DNA from: an uncultured Nitrososphaeraceae archaeon
GTDB lineage: Archaea; Thermoproteota; Nitrososphaeria; Nitrososphaerales; Nitrososphaeraceae
Assembly: GCA_963837175.1 (NCBI GenBank)
Contig: CAWIMJ010000008.1
Span: forward strand, 1 to 64,000
Length of the DNA: 64,000 nucleotides
Reading direction: 5' to 3'
The notes below the pieces were generated by a model that was given only the letters and a program-made list of their open reading frames with translations, searched no databases and had not been told where the DNA came from. Positions 56,385 to 64,000 of the stretch are shown piece by piece; positions within the stretch are counted from its first letter, which is position 1; each line of letters starts with the position of its first letter. A program made the translations under genes and the position numbers.

Positions 56385-58088
56385 ATGCCAGATAAAAATA
56401 AGGAACAATTACCTTTTGACAAAAGTATTATAGTAACAAGTGCTTTGCCGTATGCTAACGGAGAAATCCATTTAGGCCATATTGCTTCAACTTATTTGCC
56501 GGCAGATATCTTTACCAGGTATTCTAGGCTTGCAGGTAGAGAAACTTATCATGTCTGCGCAACAGATGATTTTGGCACGCCTATCTTGATAAGAGCCGAA
56601 AAAGAAAACAAAAATCCCTTAGATTACGTTGAATTTTGGAATAGATCGGACTATGAGGATTTCAAGTCAATAGGAATTACTTTTGACTTTTTTTCCAAAA
56701 CGAGCTCGGAAGAAAATATCAAATTTGTTCAATATGTTTTCAAAAAAATATACGAAAATGGATATATTTATGAGAAAGAGATAACACAGTTTTACTGCCC
56801 CTATGACAAAAAATTTTTGCCAGATAGATATGTATTAGGAATATGTTCCGTCTGTGGAGCAGAAAATCAATATTCCGATCTATGTGAGAATTGTGGAAGC
56901 ATACCTGAGCAAATATTAGAGCCGAAATGTAGTATATGCGGCAAGAAACCTACTAAAAAAAATAGCAAACATTATTTTTTTAAATTATCCATTTTCTCAG
57001 AGAAATTAAAAATATGGCTAATAAACAACAAGAATCTGCAAGAAGATGTAAAGAAGTATGTCTTGAACTGGATCAAATCGGGCTTAGAGGATTGGGACAT
57101 TACAAGGGATTTATCATGGGGAATACCAATTCCTCTGCAGGAAGCCAAGGGAAAGGTATTTTATGGATGGTTTGACAACCATCTGTGTTATATTTCAACA
57201 TTTACAACATTTATACAAAAAAGTTATTCTCAGAGAAATGCTAAAGAAGTCTGGAACAACTCTGAAATCTATCATTTCATCGGTAAAGACATAGCCTATC
57301 ATCATTATCTCTTTCTCCCTGCCATACGTATGGCAATAAATTATGAATACAAACTTCCAGATTTCATACCGACTAGAGGACATCTAACACTTTACGACAG
57401 AAAAATTTCGAAGAGTCGAAATTGGTATATCGGATTAAAAGAATTTCTTGCAAAATTCGATCCTGATTATTTAAGGTTTTATCTTGCATCAATTACACCT
57501 TATTCACAGACAGATATGAATTTTGATTGGAGTGCTTTTGCTCAAAGTATAAATGATGAGCTCATTTCCAATATTGGTAATTTTATTAATAGAGCTCTGT
57601 CTTTCACACAAAAAACATATAATGGAATAGTTCCTGAGGCTTCAAAGTATGATCCAATAGACAAAGACACTATTTCAGAGATTGAAAAAATAGCAGATGA
57701 AGTAGGACTACTTTTACATCGTAATGAGCAAGATAAGGGACTTAAAAGGATCCTAGGATTTTCGACATATTTTAACCGATACTTTCAGAAAAAGCAGCCC
57801 TGGAATAAAAAGAACAATAATTCTTGCTCAACGTTATTTATTGCTGTAAATGCTGTACATTCCTTAGCGATCTTATTAGAGCCATTTATCCCATACTCTT
57901 CAGAAAGGATTTGGCAGCAGTTAGGAATGTCCGATAATGTACATGAACAGCCATGGAATCACGCATCACAACTTAAAATCGCTCCGGGGCACTTATTAGG
58001 AAAGATAGATCCTCTCTTCCACAAAATTGAAGAAAAAGAAATTATAAAAAGACAAATACACAATTTCAATGAAAAGCAGACATTATAA
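56385..58088 (+). CDS. metG: Methionine--tRNA ligase
   Basis: TSALPYANGEIHLGH (HIGH), Zn knuckle CxxC motifs, DITRD..WG, KISKS (KMSKS). Confidence 0.97.
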   Translation: MPDKNKEQLPFDKSIIVTSALPYANGEIHLGHIASTYLPADIFTRYSRLAGRETYHVCATDDFGTPILIRAEKENKNPLDYVEFWNRSDYEDFKSIGITFDFFSKTSSEENIKFVQYVFKKIYENGYIYEKEITQFYCPYDKKFLPDRYVLGICSVCGAENQYSDLCENCGSIPEQILEPKCSICGKKPTKKNSKHYFFKLSIFSEKLKIWLINNKNLQEDVKKYVLNWIKSGLEDWDITRDLSWGIPIPLQEAKGKVFYGWFDNHLCYISTFTTFIQKSYSQRNAKEVWNNSEIYHFIGKDIAYHHYLFLPAIRMAINYEYKLPDFIPTRGHLTLYDRKISKSRNWYIGLKEFLAKFDPDYLRFYLASITPYSQTDMNFDWSAFAQSINDELISNIGNFINRALSFTQKTYNGIVPEASKYDPIDKDTISEIEKIADEVGLLLHRNEQDKGLKRILGFSTYFNRYFQKKQPWNKKNNNSCSTLFIAVNAVHSLAILLEPFIPYSSERIWQQLGMSDNVHEQPWNHASQLKIAPGHLLGKIDPLFHKIEEKEIIKRQIHNFNEKQTL

Positions 58089-58596
58089 GAATATGTGTCT
58101 GCATTATTGATTTTGCATTCATAAAGTTGGTATCAATTTTTGAATCCAGAAAAAAATTATTATCCACTACAGTTTAACATATTTATCTAATTGTACTCTA
58201 TTATAATCTCAAGGGGTTCATTATTTAATTTCTTATCTATTGATTGGTTTTTAATTTTTATATTAAGATATTATTATATTTATTTTAAATAAATATTAGA
58301 ATACACAGTGCGAGATATGTTTAGAATGATCTTATTTTTCATAACTGCATGACTTTCAGTTACTTCAGTCGCTTCTCTTACAATTCTTATCCGAAATCGA
58401 ATATGCATAAATAAAATTCTATAAGGCGAGGCGATTATCTATGTAATATATTTCATCAACTGCTTGATATATCAAAAAGAAAGTAGCATAGTCCCTGCCA
58501 TAATAAATTGACAACCTTAACCATATTGCTTGTTTACGTATATATTATGTAAAGAGTATAAATTTCACGAATACTACTAATCTCTGTATTTATTAC

Positions 58597-58749
58597 ATGA
58601 AAAGTGAGTATAGACCAGTTAATATAGACTTTGAACTATGGAAAAAAGCTGAGGTCCTTGCAATTAATAAGGGTATTACTATAACTGAATTTATTGAAGA
58701 GGCAATTAGGGAAAAGATAGAAAAGGAAAAAGCTCAAATTCAAACATAG
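58597..58749 (+). CDS. Ribbon-helix-helix microprotein (50 aa)
   Basis: MKSEYRPVNIDFELWKKAEVLAINKGITITEFIEEAIREKIEK. Confidence 0.75.
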   Translation: MKSEYRPVNIDFELWKKAEVLAINKGITITEFIEEAIREKIEKEKAQIQT

Positions 58750-58795
58750 TGCGTTCGAACATTTCTTTGCTTCCTCTCTTTGAACTTTTAGCCAT

Positions 58796-59332
58796 TTATT
58801 CATGTATTATTAGAACAGGTTTTCTAATACTATTATCTATTACTCCTTTAGTTGTACTGCCAAGAAGTCTTATCGAAGAAGAAATTCTGCTGCTTGCCAT
58901 AACTATTAGATCGTAACTATTTTCTTCTGCTATACTGACTATTTCATCAACGGGTTTACCTGCCTCTATCTTGTATGAAATTTGCTTTATTTTCGATTGT
59001 TCTTTACATATCTTTATTCTCTCTTCCAGTATTTTTCTTATCCCCGCTTCTACCATACTTTTCATCTCTTCCTTCGCTTTTTCCAATGGTCTTTCAGGTG
59101 CTATAAATGCAAGGAGCGTACTTGGAGGAATGTCTCTAGCAAATTCAATTGCATGGACCATCTTAATATGCGCTCCAGTTATTTTTGATATGTACACTGC
59201 ATGTGCAAGAGCTTTATCTAACATCTGTGAGGTGTCGTGTGGAACAAGTACTTTCTGATATCGAAGTTTATCTGATGTTAACCTTAATAGTGAAGAAAAA
59301 TCACCAGTGTTTATTGTTGTTGTCCCCGACAT
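58796..59332 (-). CDS. Universal stress protein
   Basis: KVLVPHD.S, GKPVDEIV, DLIVMAS, LLGSTT, KPVLII. Confidence 0.9.
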   Translation of the reverse strand: MSGTTTINTGDFSSLLRLTSDKLRYQKVLVPHDTSQMLDKALAHAVYISKITGAHIKMVHAIEFARDIPPSTLLAFIAPERPLEKAKEEMKSMVEAGIRKILEERIKICKEQSKIKQISYKIEAGKPVDEIVSIAEENSYDLIVMASSRISSSIRLLGSTTKGVIDNSIRKPVLIIHE

Positions 59333-59449
59333 GATATTATATACTAATCACAACATTTTATTTAATACCACAAAATTAAAAGTTAGCAATTCTTACAATT
59401 TTGTATTAACTAGGCTAATTGTTTAGCTATATTTATCGTTGATATAACT

Positions 59450-59750
59450 CAAATAGGTTTTTTATTCTTGTTTTTGATAAGTCGGACCAAGGTTTCAAAA
59501 TCCTCTATACTAATTGCTTCATTTTAATCTGTGTTATCTTTTTCAATTCCAATGTTTTGCATGTAGTAGTTACCTTCTATAATCTGATAACATTTCAAAA
59601 TATCCATCGTCGTTCACGTTGACAATGATTGGCTATAGGAGTCACTATTCTTTTTAAATCAACGGGTTCTGTGATATATATGAATAAAGTTCAGTCTAAG
59701 TCGATTTCCCAAATTAGTATTGGCCGTATTGATTTTTTTGGTAATAGAAA
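59450..59750 (-). pseudogene. Possible ParB/Srx N-terminal domain remnant
   Basis: Fragments PIIVNVNDDGYFEM...RR...ACKTLELKKI. Confidence 0.35.
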
Positions 59751-60118
59751 AAAATGTGTATAGGAAGGAGACATCTTTGAGTCGCGTCATAAATGAAAAT
59801 AAATTATTTATAAATGAGCACATAATGCAAGGATTTGTAACCAGAATGAAATGGTGCATAGGAAGAGTAGTAGAACAATAATCTTGGATAACTCAATTTA
59901 ACGACTTATTTATGGAAACTTTAGTTAATTATCTTCGATATATTAAAAAAACCAAAGACATTCTTGGGACTATCACAAAGTGATTTCTTTCTGGAATTAC
60001 AACGCAATCTGTGCAGATAGTACGTAATAGAAGATAGACATTAGCATTGGATCAAGAACTGTTTACCATCGAACATTTGGTATTTATATTATCAATTTAG
60101 ATGGTTGTTCTATAGCCT

Positions 60119-60994
60119 TTATTCATGTATAACAAGCACAGGTTTCTTAACGGTGCGTATTACCTTTCTAGTGGTACTTCCAAGAACTCTTACTGAGGAA
60201 GTAATTTTGCTGCTTGCCATTACCACTAAATCAATATTCATCTCTTCTGACAGCTTAACTATTTCATCGAGTGGTTTGCCCGTTTGTATTTTATAAAATA
60301 CTTGACTTTTCACTCCTGCTTCTTTGCAGAATTTCATCTTCTCTTCTATCATTCGTTTAACTCCCCCTTCCATAGTAATTTCTACGTCTGTGTTTGCTTT
60401 GTCAAGCTCGCCTCCCTCACCTCCTTTCATAGTGGCTAGGACCGCAGAGGAATCTGTACCTTCAATGCTATCAAGTACATTTAGAATAATAATGTCAGCA
60501 TCTGATAGCTTTGATAAATAAATAGCATGACTCAAAGCTCTGTCAGATATCTCTGAGCCATCATGAGGTATCAATATCCTTTTGTATTTAGGAATAACAT
60601 CATGACTTTGTCGTGATAGAAAAGCAGAAGTTGCGGAGGCTGGTTGTTGATGCTCTTTCATGGATTGTAATGGTTGAGATTGTTCTGTCTCTATCGACTT
60701 TAGTTCTAGATCTTTCTCCTGCTTTTTCTTCTCCTCAAATGACGAAGGTTGTTGCCGATGTCCTCCAATAGATCCTTCTTCCACATCTGATACTACCTCT
60801 TCTCCAGTGGCAGATTGGAATTCGGTACCTTCTGACATGTTATCATCTGACGTTTTTTTGCCCTCTTCTGATAACAATCCCTTAAAATTCTTCTTTTCGA
60901 AATCTCCTTTGGATGGTGAAGATGCGGTCATTTCATCTTTCTCTTCAGTTAATGGTTGCTTTATCTTCTTTTGAAACCAGTTTTTTAAACCCAC
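60119..60994 (-). CDS. Universal stress protein with long disordered N-terminus
   Basis: RILIPHDGS, GKPLDEIV, LGSTTRKV, KPVLVIH. Confidence 0.9.
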   Translation of the reverse strand: MGLKNWFQKKIKQPLTEEKDEMTASSPSKGDFEKKNFKGLLSEEGKKTSDDNMSEGTEFQSATGEEVVSDVEEGSIGGHRQQPSSFEEKKKQEKDLELKSIETEQSQPLQSMKEHQQPASATSAFLSRQSHDVIPKYKRILIPHDGSEISDRALSHAIYLSKLSDADIIILNVLDSIEGTDSSAVLATMKGGEGGELDKANTDVEITMEGGVKRMIEEKMKFCKEAGVKSQVFYKIQTGKPLDEIVKLSEEMNIDLVVMASSKITSSVRVLGSTTRKVIRTVKKPVLVIHE

Positions 60995-62006
60995 AATTCT
61001 ATATATAGCAGAGCCTACTATTAGAATTATGTTTATTCTGAAGCATCATTGTTAACAGAAAGTAAATTTTATGTGCATTTGCTCCTTATTTAAAGTCGAT
61101 GTCTAGTTTAAATGATCTAGGCTTTTGAATATCATTATTTTATCTAAATGTTATAAGATATTTAAGAGAACATAGAAAATTCTCCTGGCTTGGTGGAATA
61201 TAAAAGACAGATTTACCTCAATAATTCACCAAGTTCCAGTATGACCGATACTTGTACAGCAAGCAAGGGCACAGGATATGGACTTTAGTTACGAACAAGG
61301 GAAAGAGAATAGATGTAGTGGCGATGTTTTTTTTACTAACACAACAACAATAACATTTAGTCCATGATTAGAAGCCTAAAACATAAACAGTTCTTACTGC
61401 TGCAATCCATGTTTTTTCTTCATTAAACCAAAATAAGCATATTATATTAATATATATAGATAAATAAAATCACTCATAATCTAATGGTATTTCAATATTA
61501 GTTAACATATGATGTTTGTACATAATCTAGACGTGTTCGCCGATCCTATGATATTATATATATTATATGACAAGATCTGAATTAAATCATCTTAAAATCC
61601 ATTAACAGTTTATCGTTACGCCATCTCATTTCTCAGACATGTACATATATATTTATCGCATTACAAAGAAAGGAAAGCTTGACTAAAAGGAAATATAATG
61701 TTTTAGATAAATGAAGCTAACTGCAATATCGAGTAATGCATATTGCATAAGAAACTATTACTAGTGCTATTGAATCAATTAGCAATATTGCCTTTACTAT
61801 TATGAAAACTTACTTCTTTTTATTTCAATAAATCGATTCTTTTATTCTTCAGTTCTACTACTACCATTATAGATTGAGTTTTATGATAAAGTGAAATATC
61901 CATTTTTCTTTAAATATGATACAAATTATGTTTATCAAATAAATAGATATTAAAGATAGATTCGGATTCTAGGTTGCTTTGTATTGCTACCAATATAAAG
62001 GATAAA

Positions 62007-62387
62007 TCACTCATTTTTTCTTTTCATCAATCCATTGATATATCCTGTCTCAAGCATTAAAAGTGAATATAAGATATTTGCTATATGTGTCTGTATTATT
62101 GATTGTACTGCCTGATTATCCTCTTGTGTATTTGTCTCAGTAGTATATTCGACTTCTGTAGTAATATTTCCAGATATTTTTAATCGGATTGTTTCGATAA
62201 TTTCAATCTGGTTCCCTTGAATAATAGTTCTGAAGGTCAGCTTTCTGTTTGTCCTGTCGACTACCAGCGTTTTTGTAACTCCAATAAAGAATTCAGGAAA
62301 GAGCTTTTCTAAACGTGTATCTTTAAGAGCAAGGTAGATTGTGTTAGATGGAACACGTAAGGTTATAGTTTTTGAAATTACAGACAT
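62007..62387 (-). CDS. SRPBCC/START-like protein
   Basis: ISKTITLRVPSNTIY.AL start and C-terminal helix. Confidence 0.45.
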   Translation of the reverse strand: MSVISKTITLRVPSNTIYLALKDTRLEKLFPEFFIGVTKTLVVDRTNRKLTFRTIIQGNQIEIIETIRLKISGNITTEVEYTTETNTQEDNQAVQSIIQTHIANILYSLLMLETGYINGLMKRKNE

Positions 62388-63447
62388 CGTAGCTGATAGT
62401 ACAATTATTTTGCTTCTATATTTTTCGTAGAAGAAGGATTCACATATACACTTCTATCATACTTTAAATGAACGCTCTACTCATCAACTTCTATAATACA
62501 GATTTATACTATTGATTATTTTGCGACTAGTTTATATATTTTGGTCAGTGTTATTTGCATTTTCTCATCTATCTTGGTGTCTTTGTTTATGTCACATCAG
62601 ACACTTTTTGTTCCTTTATCATGACTTTTGAAAATATTCTTGGTTTATCGCGGGTTAAACCTTTGGTTTGTCAAATATAATAAAAAATACTCATTGTGTT
62701 TATTAACATTATCAGCATCCACTAGTTTCCTTATATTTGTAATTGTCACAAGTCTTTTTCCTGCAGATAGAGGGGCTATTATCAGCCAGTTCCGTGTTTG
62801 GCCTTTCCCTTCTATCACAATAATAGCCTTCGGTGAACGGAACAGAAACCCGGGCCATCATTTTGCAGGTGTAAATATAATCTAGTCTTTTTATATAAAC
62901 AATACCCAAGCCTGTACTTGACATATATTAATCATGACCAATAATAATCCTTACCAGCTATTCTAAGGGTTGTTTTTACTACAAATACTTCCCTAACCAA
63001 CCGCCTATCCACTTTGATTCATCAGCATATCCTTAATATAACAGGTTAAATTTCCGTGCTAATCCTATTGTAGTAGTTGATTTTATTAGTTTTTTATCAG
63101 GTCCAGAGCGAAATTTCATCTCCTTGTAATAAATGATATAGGTATGAAACACAGTATTGGCATTTAGAAATCCGGTATAATATTATAACAAATAGATCTT
63201 CAAATCCTAGATGCTGCTTTTTGTGGTCAATATTCGAGTGTGACGGACCAGATGCATCAAATCTTGACAGGAATAACTGAAAAAAACATGTAATAATAAA
63301 AAATCAATCACTAATTATCACCAACAGGAGCAAGCAAAACCCTCTTCTTTCAAAATCATGCTTGTAGAAGAATAACAAGAGAGACTCAACTTAAAATTTT
63401 CTCCAAGCAATCAAATAATTAATATTGAAAGAGGAATAATAGGAGAT

Positions 63448-64000
63448 ATGAACCAAAGCAAAATACTGATTAGCAGCCCAGTTCTTACGGGTATATTAAT
63501 AGCGATAATATCTGTGATACTTGCTGGCAGTATTTCTAAAAATATCGACAACGCTTTTATCAAAATTGCATCAGCTGAGATTCAAAGCGAAAAAGTTACT
63601 GCATCAATAAATGGCTATATCAAAGGAGCACATATCTACAGCGCTCAATTTAAAACTGATAAGGCTGAATTCAAAAGAGCTCCAGACTTTACAGAAATTA
63701 CAGGATATATAAATACAGACCCAGTAAAACTTGGAGATTTAAATGGAAAAGTTGTACTTGTTCATTTTTGGACTTATACATGTGAAAATTGTATTCATAT
63801 GATTCCATATCTGAATAAATGGCAACAAAACTATGCGGACAAAGGTTTAATCATTATAGGAATACATACTCCAGAGTTTGAATTTGAGAAAAATACAAAT
63901 AATGTCAAACAAGCTGTAAAAGAATATCAGATAGAGTATCCAGTACTTCAGGATAACAACTATGCAACATGGAAAGCTTATCAAAATAGATACTGGCCAA
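63448..64000 (+). CDS. Membrane-anchored TlpA/DipZ-like redoxin, runs off window
   Basis: APDF..I.GYINT, GKVVLVHFWTYTCENC, IIGIHTPEFEFEK, YPVLQDN, NRYWP. Confidence 0.9.
   Translation, partial: MNQSKILISSPVLTGILIAIISVILAGSISKNIDNAFIKIASAEIQSEKVTASINGYIKGAHIYSAQFKTDKAEFKRAPDFTEITGYINTDPVKLGDLNGKVVLVHFWTYTCENCIHMIPYLNKWQQNYADKGLIIIGIHTPEFEFEKNTNNVKQAVKEYQIEYPVLQDNNYATWKAYQNRYWP

Noticed and set aside
62500-63300. Possible decayed gene on minus strand
   Set aside because: Fragments interrupted by stops and not assignable to a family
1-64000. CRISPR array, rRNA or complete tRNA genes
   Set aside because: No regularly spaced repeat-spacer array or cloverleaf/rRNA-like GC-rich segment found by eye

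Overview
AT-rich 64 kb window that reads as accessory genome of a soil ammonia-oxidising archaeon (Nitrososphaeraceae-like). This is inferred from gene families (MEDS + receiver pair, FUN14, Vgb-like propeller, small wHTH/C2H2/CxxC proteins, cupredoxin, archaeal-type MetRS) and from the (AAT)n/(CAG)n low-complexity style. No amo, rRNA, tRNA or CRISPR array was seen. metG is the only core gene. The rest is stress and envelope genes (three YsnF/DUF2382 paralogs, two USPs, ZnuA, MFS, RTX-repeat protein, GCS2 ligase), several GC-richer imported genes (SDR, ABM, alpha/beta hydrolase, yellow/MRJP) and many frameshifted or decayed genes. Structure missing from the ORF track includes: a decayed IS6 element with both TIRs (51182-51985) plus a solo IS6-like end, together bracketing the MRJP gene; a 28-bp perfect inverted repeat around a Phi-1/EXORDIUM-like gene; a 27-bp direct repeat 5.6 kb apart; a duplicated small-ORF+FUN14 module flanking cargo; promoter+signal-peptide cassettes reused on unrelated secreted proteins; a SWIM-transposase remnant beside small Zn-finger ORFs; and a possible copper-sensing membrane module next to a cupredoxin. 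All family calls come from recognising motifs by eye, not from database searches.
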